Under the pieces are notes generated by a model. That model had not been told where the DNA came from and searched no databases. It saw only the letters and a program-made list of their open reading frames with translations. Below, one piece after another: positions 9,039 to 18,771 of a DNA stretch of 53,476 bases. Source of the DNA: a virus. Its lineage: Duplodnaviria > Heunggongvirae > Uroviricota > Caudoviricetes. Location of the stretch: IMG/VR virus record IMGVR_UViG_3300046524_000235. One strand, given 5' to 3'. Both the position numbers and the translations under genes were made by a program. How positions within the stretch are numbered: position 1 is the stretch's first letter; each line of letters begins with the position of its first letter.

Positions 9039-9912
9039 AGTTCGATTTTCTAGAAAGTGTCTTGATTACTTGTTGCATCTCTTCCAGAACGAGGAAGATT
9101 TTCTCTACTGCCATAAACCTTTCTGAATCCGGGTAGACTGAAAGCCCACGACGAGAAGTGATATCGTATGTGTCCCATAGCTGAACGTCTCTATATGCAC
9201 GAAGATTATCCAGTTGATTATTTTCAAGAAAATGTTGGGCAAGCTTTTCGTGAGTATCAACGCCTGGAATTGGCTCAACACCGAGAGGATTATAACGTAG
9301 ATACGCATCATGTGAGTATCCACGAATGGATACTTTTGCAGTCAGTGTAATTTTGAATCTGCCAGTGAAGTCAGACTTCGGACCTCTGTTATTGGTCCAC
9401 TGTCTATACGTATCATGTTCATCTGCATGGCCTTCTACGTTTGTACGAATCCGGTCAATGTTGAGAGAGATACCATTTCTCATACACTTGTAGTTCAGAA
9501 ATCGAAAGTAACGACGCATTACTTTAACCCACTTAGCGCTTTCTAAGAGGAGTGAGACTTCATTACCATCAGGAATAGTGAGCATCATGTACGGAGAAAC
9601 AAGCTTTATGTTTACGCTGTTAGCCCCGTTGTTATTAAACAGAAGATCCCCCCCAGACATATACTCAAGATACGGAACCTGTTTCTTAACCGCCTTAAGC
9701 AGAATGTCTTTCAATTTCTGTACTGACTTACGTTGACCACCAGACCTCGAACCACACATATCAAACTGGTAATTGAACGTCTTCGTTGACAGTTTGCTAT
9801 CAATGATCATCTTGGTGCAGAAATGTTTGAATTTCTCTTCTACATCTACTCTAAGCTTATTCACCTCTCTAGGTAAATTAGAGCTTGAGCGAGGTACTTT
9901 AAAAGTCTGCAT
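8995..9912 (-). CDS. Hypothetical protein in Ubl cassette
   Basis: 305-aa ORF with AAAGGA RBS between Ubl and E2. Confidence 0.7.
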   Translation of the reverse strand: MQTFKVPRSSSNLPREVNKLRVDVEEKFKHFCTKMIIDSKLSTKTFNYQFDMCGSRSGGQRKSVQKLKDILLKAVKKQVPYLEYMSGGDLLFNNNGANSVNIKLVSPYMMLTIPDGNEVSLLLESAKWVKVMRRYFRFLNYKCMRNGISLNIDRIRTNVEGHADEHDTYRQWTNNRGPKSDFTGRFKITLTAKVSIRGYSHDAYLRYNPLGVEPIPGVDTHEKLAQHFLENNQLDNLRAYRDVQLWDTYDITSRRGLSVYPDSERFMAVEKIFLVLEEMQQVIKTLSRKSNYDTAAFNIGSDSST

Positions 9913-9961
9913 AGTAAATGTCCTTTATTATTCCTGTTTTTCTTAAGCTCCTAGCTCGACT

Positions 9962-10013
9962 AAAAAAAACAGGAAAGACGAGCAGCTTGGCTAGGAGGAA
10001 CCCTGCTGCTCGT
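9962..10013 (-). terminator. Probable terminator after Ubl gene
   Basis: ACGAGCAGC...GCTGCTCGT hairpin followed by a T8 tract. Confidence 0.55.
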
Positions 10014-10050
10014 ACCATTACTCAGATGCTAAAAGCAACTGAAGTAATAC

Positions 10051-10473
10051 TTAACCCTTCGTACCCGTGCGCGGCTTGAAGGTGATCTCACGGACGGTCT
10101 CGCCGTCTTGCGTCACAACACGCTCTTCGAACTGCATCGAACCGATGTTCGGGATGTCGTTCGCATAATTGCGTTGAATCGATGCCGGGGTGTAGTCACC
10201 CGGAATCTGGTACTCCGTGTCCGTCGAAGCGATGGTCACGATGGTCTTCGTTACACCAGCGCCCTTCGTACCCGTACGGGGCTTGAAGGTGATTTCACGA
10301 ACCGTTTCACCGTCTTGCGTAACGACACGCTCTTCGAATTGCATGCTGCCGATATTAGGAATATCGTTAGCGTAGTTGCGTTGGATCGAAGCCGGTGTGT
10401 AATCACCCGGAATTTGGTACTCGGTGTCGGTCGAAGCGATGGTAACGATAGTCTTGGTTACGGTTGCAGCCAT
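10051..10473 (-). CDS. Tandem di-ubiquitin-like precursor (PRTRC protein C-like), each unit ending GTKG
   Basis: Two identical 67-aa units ending KPRTGTKG; heads the E1/E2/JAB cassette. Confidence 0.85.
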   Translation of the reverse strand: MAATVTKTIVTIASTDTEYQIPGDYTPASIQRNYANDIPNIGSMQFEERVVTQDGETVREITFKPRTGTKGAGVTKTIVTIASTDTEYQIPGDYTPASIQRNYANDIPNIGSMQFEERVVTQDGETVREITFKPRTGTKG

Positions 10474-10545
10474 TTGGGTAAATCCTTTGTTTTAGCTAAA
10501 TAAAAAGATGGACTTTGGAAATGTATTTTCTACCTGTCCAGTATA

Positions 10546-10646
10546 GTTATACCAAACATCTCTAAATTATTGAAATATCTGATACCTATAAAAGCTATGC
10601 ACAGCCTTTACAATACTGTTATACCCAAATTAGCTAAAAAATTGAA
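10546..10646 (-). promoter_or_regulatory. Two tandem bipartite promoters upstream of Ubl gene
   Basis: TTCAATAATTTA-N8-TGGTATAAC (10546-10574) and TTCAATTTTTTA-N8-GGGTATAAC (10618-10646). Confidence 0.7.
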
Positions 10647-10705
10647 AAATAGCCTCGGGACTAGAAGAGGCTGCAACTAATCCCGAGACTTAAGACACCC
10701 GATGG

Positions 10706-11197
10706 CTACTTGATCAGAGCAACCGAACGGGTGTATCCCCCGTCCATTGCCTTTTTCAAGATCTCAGCTATTTCCACGAAGGTAGCACCCATGTCGTTTA
10801 TCCCTGATAATGAAAGAGAATGTAATTCCAGAGTATTCCCTTCCTCATCCGGAAATCTACCTCCTACGTACAGTCCTAGTGGACCTAGTTCAGACCCGTA
10901 ATGACCTCGAACAAAAGGAGTTAAATGGTCCTTGACAGCATTCTCTGTAGAACAAGCTTCATTCGGGAGAAAACTGTACGCATGTGCTCCAGTATCAAAA
11001 GTCCAACCTTCTGGATCAACGAGGTTACAAGCAACCCCGAGACAGCAGAAGCCAGTCTCATCTCTTAGAGCGAACGTAGTCTGCTTGAACTCGCCAGACT
11101 CAAGGGCATTGATCCACCTCTCCCATTGCTGCTTCTGATCGTCAGTCAGAACTACGCTGGGAATACGTTCAATTACTGCGCCGCACATTAGTCTCAT
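10706..11197 (-). CDS. Phage hypothetical protein
   Basis: WINALESGEFKQ...CCLGVAC...NDxGxTFxEIA pattern, recalled from phage hypotheticals; TGGTATAAG at 11284-11292 upstream. Confidence 0.65.
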   Translation of the reverse strand: MRLMCGAVIERIPSVVLTDDQKQQWERWINALESGEFKQTTFALRDETGFCCLGVACNLVDPEGWTFDTGAHAYSFLPNEACSTENAVKDHLTPFVRGHYGSELGPLGLYVGGRFPDEEGNTLELHSLSLSGINDMGATFVEIAEILKKAMDGGYTRSVALIK

Positions 11198-11315
11198 TTT
11201 AAAAACCCTTTCTCGTAGAATATTTATAACTACACCAGTCCTAAAGATATAATCATGGATTGACGTATGTTTACTACATAGTTCTTATACCAAAATAGAG
11301 TACTAAGATAGGAAC

Positions 11316-12926
11316 ATGGATACAGCAAGCCTTTTAAAACTAAGACCCTCCGAGATTTCCAAGGCACTTTTAACCCTAAAAGGTAAACCTCTAAATCTCG
11401 AAGACTACAAACCGTTCGAAATCATCTATGACGTTTCTCCAAATGAAATGACGCTGATGGCTGGACGACAGATTGGTAAGTCAGTCTCACTTGGCGCAGC
11501 TATTGTTGCCAACAGCCTCGTTCGTCCACACTTTTCAACTCTATTCAGCAGCCCGTTATCTCAACAGACTTCAAGATTCTCAACAGCATACCTAGACCCG
11601 TTCTTAAGCTCACCTCTGATTCGTAAACACTTCGTTGATGCAGGTTCACGTAAAAACGTATTCTCTAAATCATTCACTAATGGCAGTGCTGTAACTCTTG
11701 GTTATGCAGAAACTGAACAAGATGCCGACCGTATTCGAGGAGTGTTCGCTGATGCGCTATATCTGGATGAGTTCCAGGACACCAGCCTTGAATGTGCACC
11801 GATTCTTGCAGAGACATTAGGTGCTTCAGACTTTGCCTTCAGACGATATACAGGCACGGCTAAGACAGAAACAAACTCACTCACACAAAAGTTCAAGCAA
11901 TCGAACATGATGGAGTGGGCGGTTAAGTGTACACATTGCGGTAAGTTCACGCTTCCTATCGATTTCGATATTTGTCATAAAATGCTGCATGCAAACAAAG
12001 ATGGTCCAGGCTGTGTGTATTGTGGTGGCTTGCTTGATATGATGACTGGCAAGTGGGTAGCGGCAAAGCCTTTAGAGAAGGATCATTATGGATTCCATTT
12101 GCCACAGCTAATCTTCCCTGCACGTACAAAGCCTAAGAAGTGGAAAGATCTTCTTCATAAATCGAAGACATATTCAGTACCTAAACTTGCTAACGAAGTG
12201 TTTGGATGCCCTAGCGGTCTAGCTGGTCGTCCACTATCACTTAAAGAAGTAATGGCATGTTGTAACAACAACAAGACTGAGTGGGATAAGGGTTTTCCTA
12301 TGGATGACCGGGGTATTCTACATACAGTGCTTGGAGTAGACTGGTCAGTGAGCGGTGGCTCAAACTCGTATACGGTTATTACTATTCTTGGCTATGACTG
12401 GAATGGCAAAGCTTATCTAATCTACGCTCAACGCTTAAACGGTATTGACATCTTGGATCAGGTAAAGCGTGTAGAAGAACTGTACGCTCAATATAAATGT
12501 ACCATGCTTGCTTCAGACCGTGGTGTTGGTCAGCTTCAAGTAGAATTGATGAGAAAAAGTATTGGCGAAGATAGAGTTAATTCTGTACAATATGTAGCAG
12601 CAAAGTCTACGCTTCGTTGGGACAAAGAGGGGAAGTTCTTTTCTGCAGATAGAACTACTAATATGGACACGATGGTACTTAAGGCTAAGCTTGGTCGTGA
12701 CCGTATTGAAACACCATGCTGGAATCTGATGTCAGAGTTCTGGCAAGATGCGCTAAACATTTTCGAAGAGGAATCCATTACTGGACGTCGCCTTTATAAG
12801 AAAGATGAAGACTTGTGTGATGATTGGTTCCACAGCATAGTTTTCGCTAACATAGCGTATATGGTTCTTAAAGGTGAGTTCACAACAGTGGACGAAGTTA
12901 AGGACAATAACATATTTGATTTTTAA
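11316..12926 (+). CDS. terL: Terminase large subunit (GpA-like, with Zn ribbon)
   Basis: Walker A AGRQIGKS, Walker B LYLDEFQD, motif III YTGT, CxxC pairs, RNase H-like GVDW and C-terminal DDWFH. Confidence 0.9.
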   Translation: MDTASLLKLRPSEISKALLTLKGKPLNLEDYKPFEIIYDVSPNEMTLMAGRQIGKSVSLGAAIVANSLVRPHFSTLFSSPLSQQTSRFSTAYLDPFLSSPLIRKHFVDAGSRKNVFSKSFTNGSAVTLGYAETEQDADRIRGVFADALYLDEFQDTSLECAPILAETLGASDFAFRRYTGTAKTETNSLTQKFKQSNMMEWAVKCTHCGKFTLPIDFDICHKMLHANKDGPGCVYCGGLLDMMTGKWVAAKPLEKDHYGFHLPQLIFPARTKPKKWKDLLHKSKTYSVPKLANEVFGCPSGLAGRPLSLKEVMACCNNNKTEWDKGFPMDDRGILHTVLGVDWSVSGGSNSYTVITILGYDWNGKAYLIYAQRLNGIDILDQVKRVEELYAQYKCTMLASDRGVGQLQVELMRKSIGEDRVNSVQYVAAKSTLRWDKEGKFFSADRTTNMDTMVLKAKLGRDRIETPCWNLMSEFWQDALNIFEEESITGRRLYKKDEDLCDDWFHSIVFANIAYMVLKGEFTTVDEVKDNNIFDF

Positions 12927-12934
12927 GGAAAGAA

Positions 12935-13450
12935 ATGAGCGAGTTTGAATTTACAGAGCACAAGCCAAAGCGTGGCCGTGCTACAAAACAAGAAGAAGTT
13001 GCGATTGAGAAAGAGCCAATTACTGAACTTCCTACAGAAGAAAAAAAGGACGAGACTCCTGAAAAGCCTCAATACGATAAAGACGAGCTACTGCGTATCT
13101 TTGATGAGATTATCTTCCAAGGAGAATACGTTGAAGATGTTACAATTCGTGGCAAATTAAAGGTTCAATTCAGGACAAGAACGGCAGAAGACATTGAACA
13201 GATTAGCAAAGTCATCGATTCAACGTCGTTTAATCTTATCGCAACACTGAATGAATCAAAGATGGTTCTGAATCTTCAGTATGCGCTTACCTTCTATCAA
13301 GGCCGGGATCTGTCAGCTCTTAAGAATGAAGATAAAGCGAAGTTCATCAAACGTCTTCCTGGCCCTGTTATTGCAATGCTGCTAGATGCCTTGTATAAGT
13401 TTGATGCCAAGGTAAACGAAGCCTGTAAAGATCTAGAAGAAAATTTTTAA
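12935..13450 (+). CDS. Tail assembly chaperone (gpG-like)
   Basis: Upstream of tape measure; ends in slippery heptamer A AAT TTT just before TAA. Confidence 0.7.
   Translation: MSEFEFTEHKPKRGRATKQEEVAIEKEPITELPTEEKKDETPEKPQYDKDELLRIFDEIIFQGEYVEDVTIRGKLKVQFRTRTAEDIEQISKVIDSTSFNLIATLNESKMVLNLQYALTFYQGRDLSALKNEDKAKFIKRLPGPVIAMLLDALYKFDAKVNEACKDLEENF
13441..13447 (+). other. -1 ribosomal frameshift heptamer AAATTTT
   Basis: X XXY YYZ pattern; the -1 frame is open into ORF 13465..13836. Confidence 0.75.
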
Positions 13451-13464
13451 AACACTCCTGGGCG

Positions 13465-13836
13465 ATGCAGAGAATGAAGTTGCATCTCTCAGGAATGAAA
13501 GTCCCTCCGCTTGGTTCTCTGCATGATCGGATATATAGGGAGTACATGACCAAAGAAAGTCAACTCGAAGTCGAGAAGATGAAAATGACCATGCTTACTG
13601 CCTTGACTAACCCTAGTATCTCCGATCCTAATAAAGCGCGGGATTGGTCAAGTAGCATAAAGAAACATTGGGCTAAGTACTTATCCCTAGCATTCAATAC
13701 AGAAATGCCAGAACAAACAGAGAAGGAAGTACAAATGCTAGAATACTACGAAAACGTAGTTAAGCATCTTAAACCTACTCTTGAGAAATCAGGCTCAGGT
13801 TATAACGTCAAGGGTCTTGACCATCTATTTAAGTAA
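13465..13836 (+). CDS. Tail chaperone gpT-like extension (likely made as a G-T frameshift fusion)
   Basis: Lies in the -1 frame relative to 12935..13450 and lacks a clear RBS. Confidence 0.7.
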   Translation: MQRMKLHLSGMKVPPLGSLHDRIYREYMTKESQLEVEKMKMTMLTALTNPSISDPNKARDWSSSIKKHWAKYLSLAFNTEMPEQTEKEVQMLEYYENVVKHLKPTLEKSGSGYNVKGLDHLFK

Positions 13837-13841
13837 TTCCG

Positions 13842-13872
13842 AAGCCGCCCTAAAAAGCGGCTTTTTCTTTTT
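13842..13872 (+). terminator. Intrinsic terminator
   Basis: AAGCCGC...GCGGCTT followed by a T-rich tract. Confidence 0.7.
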
Positions 13873-13883
13873 AAAATAAAGGC

Positions 13884-16800
13884 ATGATCCCACCTTCAGC
13901 TTATAACATGCTCGGCAACATTTATCAGTCTCAGGCTGATACGTATACCAATTCGTTTGCCAATCCGATGAATCCTGCGAATATGAATCCAGGTTTCGGA
14001 ATGGATCCGAATTTGCTTACGCCTAGCTACACAGCAGGATACAGACCTCAATATGATGGTCCTCAGCCATACAATCAATATGGTCGAGTAGGTTTCTTTG
14101 CTGGTGTTAACAATATTCTTAACCCTACTTCGTCAGAGCCTAGATACGGTAATCCTATCGATAACAACACTCAGACTATGGAGGGTGTATCATCACGTCC
14201 GTTTGATTCAGTAGTTTGGGCTGGTCAACGTATTGCTGCTCCAGCATTAGCTTTCGGAGCTGCATTCAAGTACACGTCAGGAATAGGTGCTTGGGCAGGA
14301 GGAACTACAGGCCGTGCGCTTGGAGCGGGTATTGCTTCAGGCATGGGCGGATATATGCCTGGCTTTGTTGGACGTGGACTTACAGGAGGTCTTGGCGCTG
14401 TAGGTGGACTAGCTGGTAGATTGTTCTTACCCGTAGCTGTTGGTCAAGCTGCAATGGCAGTAGGTCAAAGAGCCATCTTCAACCCATACATGAATACTCG
14501 CCGTGAAGCACGTGACTTACGTGATAACTTCCAGGGAGTAACATTTGATGGCGCGCAAGGTAATGCTGTAACAGGTCAAGGACTTGGTTTCAGAGAGTCT
14601 ACTCAGATCGCCCAGCAGATCACTAAGCAAGGTATTAACGACTTTTCGTTCTCGACAGGCGAGTATGCAAACATTGCTGACTACACTGCCCGTTCAGGCA
14701 TGCTGGATGACACCAAGGTTAAGCAAATTAGTCAACGTGTCAAGGACGTAGCTGAACAAGTCAAGCTAGTAATGGCTATTGCCGGTGACCCTTCGATTAA
14801 GAACGCTATTGAAGAAATTTCTAAGCTTCACAGTGCTGGCGCATCAGTATCAGGCCCTAACAGCCAAGCTTCAAGAGCATTTATGTCTCTTGGACTAAGC
14901 GCAGCCGTGTCTGGCCGTAGCGTACAGAACATCATGAACACTGTTGGTGCTCAAGGTCAGTATCTATACCAAGCAAACGGCATGACACCTTATCTAGGTC
15001 AAATGGCTGCTGCTAACATCATTGGTTCGTTCGATACAGCAAGGCGTAACGGTATTCTCAATACCTCGCAAATCGCTCGTATGGGTGGAGTTGAAGGTGC
15101 AACACAAGCATCGCTAACAGCACAGGTTAACGGTTCACAAACGTTGCTTAACAAAATGGCAATGTACAACCAATATATCAATGGCCGTACAGGATCTAGT
15201 AATTCTGGTCCTGGAATGAGCATTACCAATGTTACTTCACAGTTTGGATCAGACTTCAGTCGTGACCCTATGAAGGCGTATGGTGGAATGCATCTATATA
15301 GCCGTGTACTTGGCGGTAAGCAGATGGATGAGCGTGGATCATTAGCTCTGGAAGATCAGATTACTTCTATTCTTGATTCGACGGCTACCCAGAGGGATAA
15401 GAACGGTAAATACAGTGCTGAACAGATGGCTGGCGTAATGTCAGGCGTTATGGGTATGAGCGATGATGAAATTCAGGCTTATATCGCCCAACGTACTGCT
15501 GAGTCAGATCCAGGCACATATCGTCAAGGCCTTAAAGCACGTAATGCTCAGACACAGAAACAACTGCGTCAATACGTGTCCCAAAACTATCTTTATGGCG
15601 GTGCTATCGGCGGAACTGTACGTAGTCTAATGAAAGGCGGCAGAAACGTCACATCGTTGATGGGTGAGGCTGCTGGTTGGTTTGCAGAAGGCTCAGCTGC
15701 AGTTGGTGATGCTACTCAGAGCGGAGCTGATTGGTTACAGTTCGGTGCTTCATTCGGTGACAATTACACTACTTCAGACATGGATAAAGTGATTGACTCC
15801 ATGACTACTGGCAGAAAGACAAACAATCAAGCTCCTGCTGAGACTAGTATGAACCTCCTTAATGAGGGCCATGACTTCTTCTCGGGACGTACTCTTACTG
15901 ATCTTGGTCGTGTAGGAAGCCGTATTGCTAATGGCGACACATTGATGGGTAGTGATTCAATCAAGATCACTCAACAAATCAACGCATTGGCTAAGCAAGG
16001 CAATAAAAACGCTCAAGCGTTTATTAATGCTACGGATAAACAAGGTCGTAGCAAGGCTCTTGGAACTCTGCTTAAAGAGAACAAGGCAGATATGGCTAAC
16101 GTAGCAGGTCTTCTGTCTGGCGGTGGTTCAAGAGAGTCAAGCGGTAACTTTGACTCATTCCTTGATGATGTAGGTTCGTTCGGTAATCACGAAGAATTAG
16201 TTAAAAATCAACAAGGCCAGGTTAAGGGTTTGATGGGTGACGTTGTTAAAACTCTTGGCGAAGAGAAAATACCAGAAGGTCACCGTAAAAACTTCCTTGA
16301 CTCAGTAAATGCAATCGGTCAGGTTTCAGATCTTGCTAACAAGATTGCTGGTGGTGCAAGCCAAGCTGAGATTCGTGACATGCTTAACAGCGGTCAATAT
16401 GACCAAGTCAAGGGTCTTGTTGGTGGCCGTGGTGATAGAGAAGCTGTTGATTACATTACTGATACATACAAGCGTTCAGTTGAAACTGGCTTAGGTCAAT
16501 TAGGTAACCTGGCTTATACCGGTGGTTTTAACGTCGATGAGTTCAAGAAGAATCCTAATCGCATTCAAGATAAGAAACAACGTGATGCATTTATTGCCGC
16601 CATGAAGTCAGGCGATACGGCTACGATGGAAAACATTGTTTCTAAGCAACTCGGTTATGCAGCAGGTGGGAAGCTAAAAACAGAAGGTCTGAAAGGTGCT
16701 ACGAGTCAGAGTCTTAACGATGTAGTAGGATTCCAGCAACACCTTGACTTAGAAGGTCAAGAGAATGCCAAGGCATATGAAAAAGTTGCTTCAGGTCGAT

Positions 16801-17042
16801 ATGACTTCGCAACTACTCAGAATATCCTTAATAACATTGACTCCAAAAAGAACAATGAAGTATTCAAGGCTGCAGTAGACAAGTTAGACGGTGCTGCTGA
16901 TAAGTTAGGAAAGGCTGCTGATGGAATGGGAGGTAGTAGTTCATCAGGTTCAGGCTCTAGCTGGAGTTTTCTGAACCCGTTTAATGGAACTAGTGACCTA
17001 AAGGTTCCTAATAATCAACGCAACAATGGTTCACCAAAATAA
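13884..17042 (+). CDS. Tape measure protein
   Basis: 1052 aa, Ala/Gly/Gln-rich helical, directly after the G/GT chaperone pair. Confidence 0.75.
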   Translation: MIPPSAYNMLGNIYQSQADTYTNSFANPMNPANMNPGFGMDPNLLTPSYTAGYRPQYDGPQPYNQYGRVGFFAGVNNILNPTSSEPRYGNPIDNNTQTMEGVSSRPFDSVVWAGQRIAAPALAFGAAFKYTSGIGAWAGGTTGRALGAGIASGMGGYMPGFVGRGLTGGLGAVGGLAGRLFLPVAVGQAAMAVGQRAIFNPYMNTRREARDLRDNFQGVTFDGAQGNAVTGQGLGFRESTQIAQQITKQGINDFSFSTGEYANIADYTARSGMLDDTKVKQISQRVKDVAEQVKLVMAIAGDPSIKNAIEEISKLHSAGASVSGPNSQASRAFMSLGLSAAVSGRSVQNIMNTVGAQGQYLYQANGMTPYLGQMAAANIIGSFDTARRNGILNTSQIARMGGVEGATQASLTAQVNGSQTLLNKMAMYNQYINGRTGSSNSGPGMSITNVTSQFGSDFSRDPMKAYGGMHLYSRVLGGKQMDERGSLALEDQITSILDSTATQRDKNGKYSAEQMAGVMSGVMGMSDDEIQAYIAQRTAESDPGTYRQGLKARNAQTQKQLRQYVSQNYLYGGAIGGTVRSLMKGGRNVTSLMGEAAGWFAEGSAAVGDATQSGADWLQFGASFGDNYTTSDMDKVIDSMTTGRKTNNQAPAETSMNLLNEGHDFFSGRTLTDLGRVGSRIANGDTLMGSDSIKITQQINALAKQGNKNAQAFINATDKQGRSKALGTLLKENKADMANVAGLLSGGGSRESSGNFDSFLDDVGSFGNHEELVKNQQGQVKGLMGDVVKTLGEEKIPEGHRKNFLDSVNAIGQVSDLANKIAGGASQAEIRDMLNSGQYDQVKGLVGGRGDREAVDYITDTYKRSVETGLGQLGNLAYTGGFNVDEFKKNPNRIQDKKQRDAFIAAMKSGDTATMENIVSKQLGYAAGGKLKTEGLKGATSQSLNDVVGFQQHLDLEGQENAKAYEKVASGRYDFATTQNILNNIDSKKNNEVFKAAVDKLDGAADKLGKAADGMGGSSSSGSGSSWSFLNPFNGTSDLKVPNNQRNNGSPK

Positions 17043-17059
17043 AGGGATAAAATACGATC

Positions 17060-17287
17060 ATGCCTATAGTTACTAAATCTACAAGTTCATACATTACACC
17101 ACGATTTCTTGTGATGTCACCGTATGAAATCTACTTAAGCCAAGTAAGAGGCGCGATTGATAACATCCGTTATACATCGCAAGGCTTATCGTATGTCCCT
17201 CCTCAACTTGGTGGGTTAGATGGGCAATTAGATACCCTCAATCAAGCAGTTGTATTACAAGTTACAGACTTTAAGGTCACAGACTAA
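17060..17287 (+). CDS. Hypothetical tail protein
   Basis: Small ORF with a TAATG overlap to the next gene. Confidence 0.55.
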   Translation: MPIVTKSTSSYITPRFLVMSPYEIYLSQVRGAIDNIRYTSQGLSYVPPQLGGLDGQLDTLNQAVVLQVTDFKVTD

Positions 17288-18771
17288 TGGCTACACAATT
17301 AACATTTGGCGATTCAGTTATTTCTAGCACTAATAGTGTTCAGAACAGTAACGGGACCGTAACTCAAACAGAACGGCTATTCACATTGCGTCCTCGTGGC
17401 ACTAACACTGCTAACGTAGGAGGTGGAGATCGTGGAAGCCGTGCTTATATTCGTCTATTGACTACTGATGGATCTGCTTCACTGAATCGCCAAACTGGCC
17501 ATAATGAAGGGTTAGGCGGTACTTCATTATCAGCTTCAGGTGGCCCTCTTGACCAAGCTATTAATGGCGGTGGCGGGTTTGGCGGATATGCTGATTTCTT
17601 TGTAACTGATATCCGCTGTAGCCTTGATGAAAAACTGCAGATCACTGAGACATTCGGAGATGGGGAAGTAGCTTATTACTTCGGTCGTCAGCCTATTATG
17701 ATGAACGTTTCTGGCTACATTTTTGATAGCCAAGATAACTCATGGTTCACTGAATTTCTAAGCATGTATGGTCAAGTTCTTCGAGGCACAGAACTAGCTC
17801 GTAACTACGAGTTGGTTAAGCTCGTCCTGCCTAACATGTACGTGATTGGGTCATTTACTCACGTTGATTGGGGTCAGAATTCAAGCCGTGATACTGACAT
17901 TCAGTTTTCATTCCAGTTTCTTGTCAAACAACTTGTACCTATTGCTATTCGTGTACCCGGCGTACCCACATCTAGTGACAGTGGTCTAATCAACTTTGAT
18001 GCTATTCCTAACTTCGTTAGTCAGGCAGGTATTAACACGGTTAAGAACAGCATGTCTAGTCTACAGAGTTTGATTCAAGATCCTACGTCTACCTCAGGTC
18101 AAATTGCAGCAGGCATTACTGGCATTGGATCTGGATTAAGCGCCGGTATCTCTGATCTTGGAAATACATTCGGCGTTGGGTCTAACACATTTGGCTTTAC
18201 AACTGATGGATCTGGATCAAGCGCAAGCTCATCTATAGGATCTGCTTTAAGCAGCGCTGGTGACACTATTTCAGGCATCTTCTCAAGCGTAAGCGCTAAC
18301 TTGACTGGACTACGTGCAAGTCTGTTTTCACCTATATATGGTGTGCTTTCATCACTGACTAAGCTTGTTAAAAATGCAGCGGGCTCTATAAACTCGATAT
18401 TCAATGCCCTTACAAGTCCTGTACGTGATATAATCCGTGCTGTTTCAGATATCAGTAACCAAGCTGTAGGCATTGTTAATCTCGTTAATCACACGATTCA
18501 AGGCCTGACCGGCCAAGTTACATCGATTGATAATCAAGTACGTATTGCACTTGGAGGTCTTAAGAACGCAGCGGGAGTTATTACCAATGCTCCTAAGACA
18601 ATATCTCAGTCAATCGGTGAGCTAGTCAACTCTGGAAGACTACCTATTACTACTGGATATCTACAGAACAAACCGATGGCAAGCTTATCTTCATCGGGGA
18701 CTACTCCATCGAAACTAGCATTGCTAAATTCCGGTAAGAAATACACAGCACAATCAGGCGCATCACTATGA
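17287..18771 (+). CDS. Tail/baseplate protein (tube-initiator-like N-terminal domain, Ser-rich tail)
   Basis: Position after tape measure; EKLQITETFG...FGRQP beta-rich domain. Confidence 0.55.
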   Translation: MATQLTFGDSVISSTNSVQNSNGTVTQTERLFTLRPRGTNTANVGGGDRGSRAYIRLLTTDGSASLNRQTGHNEGLGGTSLSASGGPLDQAINGGGGFGGYADFFVTDIRCSLDEKLQITETFGDGEVAYYFGRQPIMMNVSGYIFDSQDNSWFTEFLSMYGQVLRGTELARNYELVKLVLPNMYVIGSFTHVDWGQNSSRDTDIQFSFQFLVKQLVPIAIRVPGVPTSSDSGLINFDAIPNFVSQAGINTVKNSMSSLQSLIQDPTSTSGQIAAGITGIGSGLSAGISDLGNTFGVGSNTFGFTTDGSGSSASSSIGSALSSAGDTISGIFSSVSANLTGLRASLFSPIYGVLSSLTKLVKNAAGSINSIFNALTSPVRDIIRAVSDISNQAVGIVNLVNHTIQGLTGQVTSIDNQVRIALGGLKNAAGVITNAPKTISQSIGELVNSGRLPITTGYLQNKPMASLSSSGTTPSKLALLNSGKKYTAQSGASL

